A DNA stretch of 64,000 nt, taken from an uncultured Gemmatimonadaceae bacterium (GTDB lineage Bacteria > Gemmatimonadota > Gemmatimonadetes > Gemmatimonadales > Gemmatimonadaceae). Positions within the stretch are counted from its first letter, which is position 1, and every line of letters starts with the position of its first letter. The position numbers were made by a program, and so were the translations under genes. The DNA is taken from the NCBI GenBank assembly GCA_963829055.1, contig CAWHHI010000010.1:64001-128000 (forward strand), given 5' to 3'. Under the pieces are notes generated by a model, which saw only the letters and a list, made by a program, of their open reading frames with translations, did no database searches and was not told the origin of the DNA. This document shows, one piece after another, positions 45,808-55,784 of the stretch.

Positions 45808-48800
45808 CTAGGAAATCACTTTCGGTTTCGGCGTCAGGATACGCGGAGTCGTGCCGAACAGCTTGTTGATCGCGTCGATGCGCGTCCCGATCAGCCGATC
45901 GAGCCGCGCCTGCGCGGCGTCGGTCTCGGTCTTGAGCTCCGACGTGCGCAGCGTCTCGCCCGCCGTCGGCGCGTGAATGCCGCGCCACACCATGCCCGCC
46001 ACTCCGGTCACCTCCTCGCGGAGCCGCGGATATTGCCGATAGCCCATGACCGGCTCGGGCCTAACGAGCGTGGAGTCGCGGAAGTGCGTGAGCTCCTTGA
46101 TCGTGCTGTCCACGAGTGCCAGCGCCTGGTCGCGCTGCGCGACCTGACGCCCCCCTGAATCGAGCTGCTGTTTCAGGCCCTTGAGCTGCGTGAGCAGGTC
46201 GTTCGTGTTATCGACGATCCTGTTCACCCGCGCCGTGAGGTCTCGCAGCTCGAGTCCCGTGCGCTCCTGCGCGACGACGTCCGCCGGCGGCAGGTCATAC
46301 CGCGGATCGATCTCCACCACGACCGGCTTCGTGAGCTTCTTGCCGTCGACGTCGAGCGTGAGCGTGTATCGCCCGGCCTTCACCATCGGGCCCGGCGGCG
46401 TTCCGAAGCTCTCGAGCGTCACGTCGCGGTCGTAGACGCGCCACGGACCCTTGGGCGGCGGCGGCGCGTCGGGGCGCGGCCGCTCCACGCCGCCCTCGGG
46501 CGGCTCGAAGCGGAGATCCCACGTCGTGCGGTTGAGCCCCGACTGGTTAGGCAGCTTCTTGATCGTGCGGATGACGGCGCCGCTCGCATCGCTCACCGTC
46601 ATCGTCACCGCTTTGGCCGAGTCCTTGAGGACGTACGCGACGATCGCGCCGTACGGCGGATTTTCGCCGGCCCAGGCGCGGTAGCCGAGGTTGCCGTCAC
46701 GATTCGAGAAGTTCCAGCGGACCGCGGGGCGGACATCGAAGAGGGTGACGTCACTGCCTAACGCCGTTCGAATCTCCTGCAGCGGCGTGATGTCGTCGAG
46801 GACGTACAGGCCGCGGCCGTGCGTGGCGACGAGCAGATCGTTGTCGCGCGGGTGGATCTGGATGTCGCGGACCGGCACCACCGGCAGGTCGCCGCGGGCC
46901 GCGACCCAGTGGCCGCCGCGATCCCACGAGACCCACAGTCCCAGCTCGCTGCCGAAGTACAGGAGGTCGTGCCGGCGTGGATCCTCACGAATCACGTGGC
47001 CCCAGCCGGCGGTCTTCGGGAGATCGCCCACGATCGACTTCCACGTGCGCCCGAAGTCGGTCGTCATGAACACGTACGGCGCGTAGTCATCGTCCTGGTG
47101 GTGGTCGGCCACGACGTACGCGGTCCCGGCCGCGTCGCGCGACGCCTCCACCGTCGGAATCCAGGCGTTAGGCGCGAGGCCCGGGACGTTCTTGAAGACG
47201 TTCGCCCACGTCTTCCCGCCGTCGCGCGTGACCTGGACGTTGCCGTCGTCGGTGCCGACCCAGATGACGCTGGAGTCGAGCGGCGACGGCGCAATGCTGA
47301 GGAGCGTCGTGTGAAACTCTGCCGCCGTGTTGTCCACGACGATCTGACCGCCGGAGTTCTGCTGCTTCTTCGGGTCGTTCGTCGTGAGATCCGGCGAGAT
47401 CACGTCCCAGGAGTTTCCGAAATCGCGCGACCGGAAGAGCACGTTGCCGCCGAAGTACACGGTGCCCGGCTGGAGAGGCGTCACCGCGATGGGTGAGTTC
47501 CAGTTGAAGCGATACTTGTGGCCGAACATCATGTCGCCCACCGAGCCGACGCGGTTCGGGTAGGGGTAGATCGTCTTGATGTTGCCGGTGCGCGCGTCGG
47601 TGATGGTGATCATCCCGCCCTGCGCGTCGGAGTAGACGAGCCAGGGCTTCGCCACGTCCGGCACGGTGAAGAAGCCGTCGCCGTACGAGATCGGCACCCA
47701 GTCCGCGCGCTGCACGCCGCGCAGCGCGAAGCCCATGGTCGTGCCGCACCAGTTGCCGTTGTCCTGCAGCCCGCCGCACACGTGGTACGGCCGTTCCATA
47801 TCCACGTTGATGTGGTAGAACTGCGTGAACGGGTAGTTGTTCACCACGTCCCACGTGCGGCCGCCGTCGCCGCTCACTTGCCACCCGCCATCGGACCCTT
47901 CGAGAATGCGTCGCGGGTTCAACGGGTCGATCCACATCGCCTGATGGTCGCCATGCACATCGCCGCGAAGCTGCGTGAAGTTCGCGCCACCATCCTCCGA
48001 CAGGTACAGATTGCCGGAGAGCGCCCAGATGCGATTCGGGTTCTGCGGATCGACGCGGATGTCGGCGTAGTAGAAGGGGCGGAAGTTGATGTTCGGGTCC
48101 TTGTTCACCATGCGCCACGATTCGCCGGCGTCGTTGCTTCGCCACAGCTCTCCTTCATCCACCGTCTCGGTCACCACGTAGACGATGTTCGGATCACTCG
48201 GCGCCACGGCGACGCCGATCCGGTCCATCACCTTCTTCGGCAAGCCGCGTGTCTCGTTAGGCCCGCTCAGTCGGGTCCAGTGATCGCCGCCGTCCACCGA
48301 CTTCCACACCGACGTGTTCCCCGCCCCCGACTCGAGGTGCCATGCCCGCCGAAGGAACGTGTACATGCCGGCGTAGATCACGTTGCTGTTGCCCGCGTCG
48401 GCGGAGATGTCGGAGCAGCCCGTCTGCGCGTCGATGAACAGCACGCGCTTCCACGTGCGGCCGCCGTCAGTGGTCTTGAAGACGCCACGGTCCTCGTTCG
48501 GTCCCCACTCGCGCCCGAGTGCACACGCGTACACGACGTTCGCGTCGCGCGAATCGATGACGAGGCGTGCGATGCGGTCGGTCTTCTCGAGACCCATGCG
48601 GACCCAGTGCTCCCCACCATCGACCGATCTGTACACACCGTCGCCGAACGACGCATTGTTGCGCGGGTTCCCTTCACCGGTGCCGGCGTAGACCACGTTC
48701 GGATTCGACGGCGCCACCGCGATGGCCCCGATCGACGCGACGGACTGCCCGTCGAACACTGGCTTGAACGTCGTCCCGCCGTTGGTGGTCTTGATGATCC

Positions 48801-49023
48801 CTCCGTTGGCGCCGGCGACGAAGTACGTGGAGGGATCGCCCGCAATACCGGCGACGACCGAGACTCGGCCGGCATTGTTCGTTGGCCCGAGCGATCGCCA
48901 CGGCAGGCGGCCGAGCGTGGCGAGCTCGCGCGAGAGGCCGGGCGCTGGGGCGGGAACCTGCGCGTCGAGCGTAGGCGCGCCGGCGAAGACAACGGCGGTT
49001 GCGATTGCGAAGAGAGAGCGCAT
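45808..49023 (-). CDS. BNR/Asp-box (sortilin/VPS10-like) beta-propeller, glycosyl hydrolase-like
   Basis: WRSLGP..GR; repeated S.DGG.TW boxes; GGLQDNG; DLLVATHGRG; intact 1071 aa. Confidence 0.92.
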   Translation of the reverse strand: MRSLFAIATAVVFAGAPTLDAQVPAPAPGLSRELATLGRLPWRSLGPTNNAGRVSVVAGIAGDPSTYFVAGANGGIIKTTNGGTTFKPVFDGQSVASIGAIAVAPSNPNVVYAGTGEGNPRNNASFGDGVYRSVDGGEHWVRMGLEKTDRIARLVIDSRDANVVYACALGREWGPNEDRGVFKTTDGGRTWKRVLFIDAQTGCSDISADAGNSNVIYAGMYTFLRRAWHLESGAGNTSVWKSVDGGDHWTRLSGPNETRGLPKKVMDRIGVAVAPSDPNIVYVVTETVDEGELWRSNDAGESWRMVNKDPNINFRPFYYADIRVDPQNPNRIWALSGNLYLSEDGGANFTQLRGDVHGDHQAMWIDPLNPRRILEGSDGGWQVSGDGGRTWDVVNNYPFTQFYHINVDMERPYHVCGGLQDNGNWCGTTMGFALRGVQRADWVPISYGDGFFTVPDVAKPWLVYSDAQGGMITITDARTGNIKTIYPYPNRVGSVGDMMFGHKYRFNWNSPIAVTPLQPGTVYFGGNVLFRSRDFGNSWDVISPDLTTNDPKKQQNSGGQIVVDNTAAEFHTTLLSIAPSPLDSSVIWVGTDDGNVQVTRDGGKTWANVFKNVPGLAPNAWIPTVEASRDAAGTAYVVADHHQDDDYAPYVFMTTDFGRTWKSIVGDLPKTAGWGHVIREDPRRHDLLYFGSELGLWVSWDRGGHWVAARGDLPVVPVRDIQIHPRDNDLLVATHGRGLYVLDDITPLQEIRTALGSDVTLFDVRPAVRWNFSNRDGNLGYRAWAGENPPYGAIVAYVLKDSAKAVTMTVSDASGAVIRTIKKLPNQSGLNRTTWDLRFEPPEGGVERPRPDAPPPPKGPWRVYDRDVTLESFGTPPGPMVKAGRYTLTLDVDGKKLTKPVVVEIDPRYDLPPADVVAQERTGLELRDLTARVNRIVDNTNDLLTQLKGLKQQLDSGGRQVAQRDQALALVDSTIKELTHFRDSTLVRPEPVMGYRQYPRLREEVTGVAGMVWRGIHAPTAGETLRTSELKTETDAAQARLDRLIGTRIDAINKLFGTTPRILTPKPKVIS

Positions 49024-49128
49024 TGGGCGTCTGGGTTCGTGACGCGGTGAAGGTCGCGCGATGAAGGCCAGCGCACAACCGAGACGCAGATTCCAGAGGG
49101 CGCTCGATGTTCGTTAGGTATGCGCGTT

Positions 49129-49258
49129 AGATGTTGATAGCAGGCGATTCTGGCCCCTAGCCAGAATTGGCAAATGCGCTCCGCATCGCGCCTGTCACGG
49201 AAGCGCTGTCCGTTGCCAATTCTGGCTATAGGGCCGGCCTCGCCTGCTATCAACATCT
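49129..49258. repeat. 130-bp element with ~45-bp imperfect terminal inverted repeats
   Basis: AGATGTTGATAGCAGGCGA...TAGCCAGAATTGGCAA at 49129-49173, inverted at 49213-49258. Confidence 0.85.
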
Positions 49259-49263
49259 CAAAC

Positions 49264-51928
49264 TCATCCGGCGGAGGGCCTGGAGCTGTCGATCTGGAAA
49301 TGCATGCGCTCCAGCAGCGCCGCAAACCGAGGATCCGAACGGAGGACGTCGAACCCGGGCGTCACCTTGAGCCCGTCCATGAACGACGCGTGCTCGGTGT
49401 ACCCGCGCTCCAGCCAGCGGAATGCCGCGTCCTTGTCACCGAGTCCGGCGTACGCGAGCGCGATGTGAAACGGCGGCAGGTAGCGACTTCCGTCGGAGGC
49501 CACCAGCGACTCGATGAGGCGTTTCCCATCGTCACGATGACCAGTGACGGCGTAGCCGTAGGCGAGGTGCGCGGAGTCGCGGACGCCGTTCAGCGCCGCC
49601 GCACGGCGAAACGCGTCGATTGCCTGGTCGTTCATTCCTTTCTGCAGGTACGCATGCCCGAGCAATTGAAGCGCCAGGTCGGATCGCGGGTTGAGCTCCA
49701 GCGTCTCCTGGAGGTCGCGGATCGCCTCGTCGGGCCGTCGGCTGCTCAGGTACACACGACCTGACATCAGGCCGGTAGGCGAAAGCGGGTCGAGCTCGCG
49801 CATAACGCGAAGTTGGGCCAGCGCTTCTTCCCCACGGCTCCGTCCCCACAGGAACGCGGCGTACCAGATGCGGGCCTGGGGGTACTTCGGATCCAACGCA
49901 ATGGCGGTCTTGAACGACGCTTCCGACGCCTTCCAATTCCATTCGTACGTCATCTGCTCGTGTGCGAGCGCGGCATGCGCTTCGCCCAGGTTCGGGTCGA
50001 GCGCGAGGGCGCGCTCCGCCGCCGCGCGAGCTTTCGGGGAAACGTCGCGCGGGCGCTCGAAGCCGAAAATGCCGAGCGACGCATACGCAGACGAGAGTCC
50101 AGCGTAGGCGCGCGCAAAGCCCGGATCCCGCTGCGTAGCCTCGGCGAAGTACTGCACTGCCCGGTGCAGCTCCGCCCGTCGCCGCGTGGAGACGAAGTAC
50201 TGGCCCTTCAAGTACAGCTGATACGCCTCGAAGTCTTCGGTCGGCCGCTCGGCGAGGCGGGTCGGCACGTCGCTCCCGGTCAGACGAACCGACAGCGCGG
50301 TCGCGATGGCACGCGCGATCTGTTCCTGAACGGCGAAGATGTCGCGGCGATCACGATCGTAGCTCGCCGACCACACCACGCGGTCGTCTCGTGCGTCGAC
50401 GAGCTGAGTCGCTACCTTCAGCCGCTCCTGGTCCCGTCGCACGGTGCCCTCGACCACGTAGTTCACGTGCAGCGTGTCGGCGATGGTTCGGGCGGCGAGA
50501 TTCTTCCCCTTGAGTGCAAAGCTCGAAGTGCGCGGGCGGACTGTCAGAGCCGGAACTCTGCCAAGCGCGGCGATCAGATCGTCCGTCAGCCCGTCGGTAA
50601 ACGGCTCGTCGTCGGCATTGCCGCTCGTGCTGACGAACGGAAGCACGGCAATCGACGGCGCCGCTGGCGCGACACGCGGGTCGGTGCGCCAAAGCGTCAC
50701 CAGCAACGCGGCGGCGGCAACGACGAACAACGAGACAGCACCGAACACGCACCCGCCTCGAGACGCGCGCGCGATACGACGTCGGACGAGTGACCGCTCG
50801 CGGGTCGGTGGCGATCGTGGCGTCGTCGAGGACGCGCAGCACCTGCGTCGCATCCTGCGGCCGCTCGGCGGGAGCCTTTGCCAGGAGCTGCATAACGAGA
50901 CTCCCGAGTGCCGATGGGACATCCGGCCGCAGGACGCCAATCGGTGTGGGAGGCTTGGTCAAATGCGCCTCCGTCAGCTCTCGCACGCTTCGGCCGGAGA
51001 ACGGCGTCGCGCCGGCAAGCATCTCATACGCCACCAGGCCGAGTGCGTAGAGATCTGCGCGGTGATCCGTCTCGGCATCGCCGAGCGCCTGTTCCGGCGC
51101 CATGTACGCGCGTGTGCCGATCACCAGACCGATCGCGCTGAGCGTTTCGTGCGCCTTCTGCTCGTCGGAACCCACAGCCGCAGCCAGCGCCTTTGCCACA
51201 CCAAAGTCGGCCACCAGCGCATCGCCATCGCGGTTGAGCAGGATGTTCTCGGGCTTGATGTCCCGGTGGACGACGCCGTGTCTGTGGGCGTGGGCCAGGG
51301 CGCGGGCGACATCGCGCAGCACGCGAACGGCATCCTCGATCGGCAGCGGGCCGTCGCGGGCGAGACGAGCGCGTAAGCTCTTCCCGTCCACGAAGGGCAT
51401 GATGTAGTACAGATGTCCGGAGCCCGCGCCGGAGTCGTACAGCGGCAGGATGTGCGGATGGTTGAGCTGTGCCGCGATCTCGATCTCGCGCTGAAATCGG
51501 CGGGCGCCTGACGACGCACCGACGACGGACGTGAGCGCCGGATGGACGACTTTGAGCGCGACGGCGCGGTGATGTCGTTCATCACGGGCGAGGTAGACGG
51601 TGGCCATGCCGCCGCGCCCGAGCTCTCGCTCGATGGTGTACCGGTCGCCTAACGCTGCCTGCAGCTCGGCGGGCACCTCGTGCGTTGCGCCGAAGTGGGC
51701 CGCGTCGACGTGCTCGAGCAACGGTGCGGCGAAGAATGGTGCGGGCTCTCTCAGAAACCCGTCCGCGGCGTCCGCCTGCTCGCACCCGCGCAGCAGATGC
51801 TCGACTTGCGCCCGCAGGTCCGGGTCGGTGCAAGCCTGCTCGAGGAACGCGACGCGCTCGTGCTCGGGCCGCTCGAGGGCATCGGCCGCGAGCCGCTTCA
51901 CCTCCTGCCAGCGTTCGACACTAGTCAC
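49264..51928 (-). CDS. Ser/Thr protein kinase with TM, TolB-like and TPR domains (frameshift ~50780)
   Basis: ERWQEVKRL N-terminus; GRGGMATV, HRDIKPEN, DFG, YMAPE; SIAVLPF; TPRs; LRSDPRF; start overlaps ECF stop. Confidence 0.93.
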
Positions 51929-52517
51929 GCCGGAGCTCCTGATAGAGCCAGCCCCTCGCGGTGACCCACTCGCGCGCGACGGTGCGTTGCGAGACACCGA
52001 GCGCCGTTGCCGTTTCCTCTTCCGTCAGGCCTCCAAAGAAGCGGCATTCCACCACGCGGGCTTGCCGCTCATCGAGTCGGGCGAGCCGCTCCAGCGCCTC
52101 ATCCAGCGCAACCAGTGCGTCGGCACGCTCGGCGACCGGAATGTCGGTGTCTTCGAGCGGAACGGGTCGCACCGGCGCGCCATCGTCCCCGCCGCCCCGG
52201 CGCGCAGCGCGATACCGGCGCGCGTAGTCCACCAGAATGCGGCGCATCGCGCCCGAGGCCACGGCAAAAAAGTGCCCGCGATCCTGCCACTCGGCCCGCG
52301 TCTGATCGACCAGCTTCAGATACGCTTCGTGCACGAGCACGGTCGTGGAGAACGTGTGCCCCACGGGTTCCGCGCGAAGCTGCAGGTGGGCGATGCGCCT
52401 CAACCGCTCGTAGACGAGGGGCACGAGACGGTCCATCGCGTCGGGCGCGCCGTTGCGCAAGGCGAACAGCGCCTCCGTGATCGCCTCCGGATCCTCCGGG
52501 CTCGGCTCAACGCGCAT
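51921..52517 (-). CDS. ECF sigma factor, kinase-associated type (TIGR02999/ECF43-like)
   Basis: LVPLVYERLRRIA, HTFSTTVLVHEAYLKL, AMRRILVDYAR, VECRFFGGL, VAREWVTARGWL. Confidence 0.93.
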   Translation of the reverse strand: MRVEPSPEDPEAITEALFALRNGAPDAMDRLVPLVYERLRRIAHLQLRAEPVGHTFSTTVLVHEAYLKLVDQTRAEWQDRGHFFAVASGAMRRILVDYARRYRAARRGGGDDGAPVRPVPLEDTDIPVAERADALVALDEALERLARLDERQARVVECRFFGGLTEEETATALGVSQRTVAREWVTARGWLYQELRRD

Positions 52518-52626
52518 GCACCGTTGGCATCTTCTGTCGGTTTTCTGCGCGTGGCTTGATGGGGAAAGACTTCACGTTGGTTGCCCCCGAACGAAATCCA
52601 CCTGTCACCCATCAAGGAGATTTTCG

Positions 52627-53186
52627 ATGCGTCCCATGTCCGCACGAACTTCGCGCGCGGCGCGCGTTGCCGCCATGCCGCTCGTGGCCGCCGTCCTGGT
52701 CAGCTCAGCGTGTAGCGACCAGCCCACTGCCACGGCTCCGATTGGCGTCCGTCCGCGAAGTGTCCGCCCAGCCGGTTTCCACCAGCATCTCCACCGATCC
52801 GATAACGGACATCGTGACCGCCGTGACCGCGGCCTGGACTGCCAAGGACGCGTCGGCGTACACGGCAGCCTATGCGGAAGATGTGCAGGTGATCAATCCG
52901 CTCGGTGAGCTCCATCACCGGCCGGGACGCCCTTCGCGCGCAGCACGCGTTTCTCTTCGCCGGTCCATTCGCCGGCAGCACGCAGACGATCGAGGTGCGC
53001 GACATCCAATTCCTGACTGGAACGATCGCGATCGTTTACCAGGACGTGTCACTCACCGGGTACGCTTCTCTCCCGCCCGGGCTGCCGTCCAGCGGCGGAG
53101 TCGTGCGAACCCGCGTGACGTGGGTGGTGGAAAAGCGCGGCGGGAGCTGGGAGATCGTGTTCCAGCAGATGACGCCGCGCCTCTGA
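52627..53186 (+). CDS. Lipoprotein with SgcJ/EcaC-like (NTF2) domain (frameshifts ~52745, ~52910)
   Basis: AAGGAG RBS; lipobox SSAC; AWTAKDASAYTAAYAED; GRDALRAQHAFLFAGPFAGS; WEIVFQQMT. Confidence 0.8.
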
Positions 53187-53214
53187 GCGGCATCGAGCTC
53201 ACGCGCGCGGCCGC

Positions 53215-53280
53215 CGAGCTGACCTCGACGTGCAACGTCGCCGGAGCCTAACGACTCGGCGACACGTCGAGGTCAGCTCG
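53215..53280. terminator. Long hairpin between convergent genes, with GCCTAACG in the loop
   Basis: 18-bp perfect arms CGAGCTGACCTCGACGTG/CACGTCGAGGTCAGCTCG plus an inner imperfect stem; no clear U-tract. Confidence 0.55.
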
Positions 53281-53306
53281 CTGTGCGGCGACGGCGCACT
53301 GACACG

Positions 53307-54089
53307 CTAGAAGGCCGCCAGCCTCGCGTTCGGAATGTCCGTCACCAGCATGCAACCCGGCGCGTGCGTGATCGCGAACGGAATCCTTGCCGACACGATC
53401 GCCGCCTGGGGGGTGACACCACACGCCCAGAACACCGGCAGCTCATCCGCCGCGATGTCGACCGCGTCCCCGTAGTCCGGTCGTGCGAGATCTCGAATCC
53501 CGATCAGCGCCGGGTCGCCCAGGTGTACCGGCGCGCCGTGCACGGCCGGAAAGCGCGACGTGATCTGGATCGCGCGAATGGCATCCGCGGCGTTCATCGG
53601 CCGCATCGATACCACCAGCGGCCCTGAAAACCGGCCCGCGGGCTCGCACATCACGTTCGTCCGGTACATCGGGACCGTCGTGCCGGCGCTCAGGTGCTCG
53701 AGTGGAATCCCCTCGGCGGTGAGTGCCTCCTCGAACGAGAACGAGCACCCGATGACGAACGCGACGAGATCGTCGCGCCAGATATCGGCGACGCTCGGAG
53801 TCGACCCGACCAGGGCACCGTCGCGCCACACGCGGTAGCACGGAAGGTCGGTGCGGAGATCCACGTCTTCACCTAACGACGCGATGCGCGGATCACCCGG
53901 CTCCGACACCGCGATCAATGGGCACGGCTTGGGATTTCGCTGACAGAAGCGCAGGAAGTCGTCGGCGACGTTCGCGGGAAGCACCACGAGATTCCCTTGC
54001 ACGAACCCCGGCGCGAGGCCGGCGGTCTGCCCCGTGATGCGTTGCGCCCGAGCGGCCAGACGAACCGCGAGCGGGTCGGCGTTAGGCAT
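53307..54089 (-). CDS. Putative hydro-lyase / D-glutamate cyclase family (UPF0317)
   Basis: [52 protein letters not shown]. Confidence 0.92.
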   Translation of the reverse strand: MPNADPLAVRLAARAQRITGQTAGLAPGFVQGNLVVLPANVADDFLRFCQRNPKPCPLIAVSEPGDPRIASLGEDVDLRTDLPCYRVWRDGALVGSTPSVADIWRDDLVAFVIGCSFSFEEALTAEGIPLEHLSAGTTVPMYRTNVMCEPAGRFSGPLVVSMRPMNAADAIRAIQITSRFPAVHGAPVHLGDPALIGIRDLARPDYGDAVDIAADELPVFWACGVTPQAAIVSARIPFAITHAPGCMLVTDIPNARLAAF

Positions 54090-54111
54090 GTCAGTGCGCT
54101 GTCAGCGGTTG

Positions 54112-55784
54112 TCAGTAACCGACGGCCATCCCGTCCTTTCGCGGGTCACTCGCTGCGGCGAACCCCTTCGGAAGTCGCACGATCGCCTGCGCACCGCCGA
54201 ACGCGACCGGAGGCTGGTCGATGAGCACATGGCCAAGAGCCTCGAGCGCCTTCCGGACGGAATCGGTCACGGGCGCCTCGAGCGCGACCCGCAGCCCGTC
54301 GTAGTGCCGGAACCGCGGCGCGTCGATCGCCGCCTGCAGATCCATACCGAACACGAAATAGTTGAGCAGGAACTGCACGTGTCCCTGTGCCTGCACGCCG
54401 CCACCCATGAGCCCGAAGCTCATGTACGCCTGCTCGCGGCCGTTCACCGTCTGCGTGACGAACGCCGGGATCAGCGTATGGAAGGGACGCTTGCCCGGCG
54501 CGACCGTGTTCGGGAGACCCGGCGTCAGGGTGAACCCGGCGCCACGGTTGTGCAGCACGAAGCCCGTCCCCGGCACGACGATCCCCGATCCGAAGTAGTC
54601 GTAGTTCGAATTGATGAACGACACCATGTTGCCCTCGGCGTCGGCGACCGTGAGGTAGACGGTCTCGCTCTTCGTGCGCGCCGGCCCCGGATCGACGCGC
54701 TCCTGCGCCCGCGTCGGGTTCATGTGACTGCGGCGCTCGGCGATGAACTCGTCGGTGAGCAGCTGCTCGGCGGGCATGTCGAGGTGGTCCGCGTCGCCCA
54801 CGAACCGATCGAGGTCGGCATAGGCGAGCTTCTTGGCCTCGATGAGGTGGTGCAGGTACGTCGGCGAGTTGTGCCCCATCGCCTTGAGATCGTACGTCTC
54901 GAGAATGCGCAGCATCTCGAGCGCCGCGATCCCCTGGTTGTTAGGCGGCAGCTCCCACACGCGGTAGCCGCGGAACGGCACCGAGATCGGTGTCACCCAG
55001 GTGGGAGCGTTCTTCTTCAGGTCATCGAGCGTGACGAAGCCATTGAGCGCGGACAGTCGCGCCACGATGCGCTGCCCCAAGCGCGCCGCCGTAGAACGTG
55101 CCGATGCCGTTCTTCGCGATGTCCTGCAGCGTGCGGGCGTAGTCGGGATTCTGGAACCACTCGCCCGCCTTCGGGGCGTGCCCGCCTCGGAGAAACGTGG
55201 CGGCGGCCGCCGAGTCGCGCTGGAGAAACGCGGTCTCATTCGCCCACTGCGCGGCGATGATCGGCGAGACGGGGAATCCGTCACGCGCGTACGCAATGGC
55301 GGGCTGTAGCGCCTGCGCGAGCGTTCGCTTGCCATGCGTGCGCACGAGCATGTCCCACCCCGCGAGCGCGCCGGGGACGGTCACCGACATGACGCCCTGC
55401 TGCGATCCGGCGCGAAAGCCGCGCGCCTGGAGCGTCTCGCGCGTCATGAGCGAGCCGGCGCGCCCGCTCGCGTTGAGCGCGACGAGCTTCTGCTCCCTGG
55501 CGAGCCAGACGATCGCGAACATGTCGCCGCCGATGCCGGTCATGTGCGGTTCGGTCACGCTCAGCACGGCGGCGGCGGCGACGGCGGCGTCGATGGCGTT
55601 ACCGCCCTGGCGCAGCACCTCGAGGCCAGCCGCGGAGGCGAGCGGTTGGCTCGTCGCGACGGCGCCGTTGGGGGCATAGACGGTGGATCGGCCGGCCAGG
55701 GTGGTCGGCCGTTGGGCCTGAAGCGCGACAGGGGCGGCGAGGAGCGTGGTGAGGGCGACGGCGATCGCGGCTGAGTCGGTTCAT
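54112..55784 (-). CDS. ggt: Gamma-glutamyltransferase (frameshifts ~55730, ~55080)
   Basis: GGNAIDAAVA, GIGGDMF, ELPPNNQG, catalytic Thr in SETVYL, KRPFHTLIP, MGG, DPRKDG. Confidence 0.93.
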
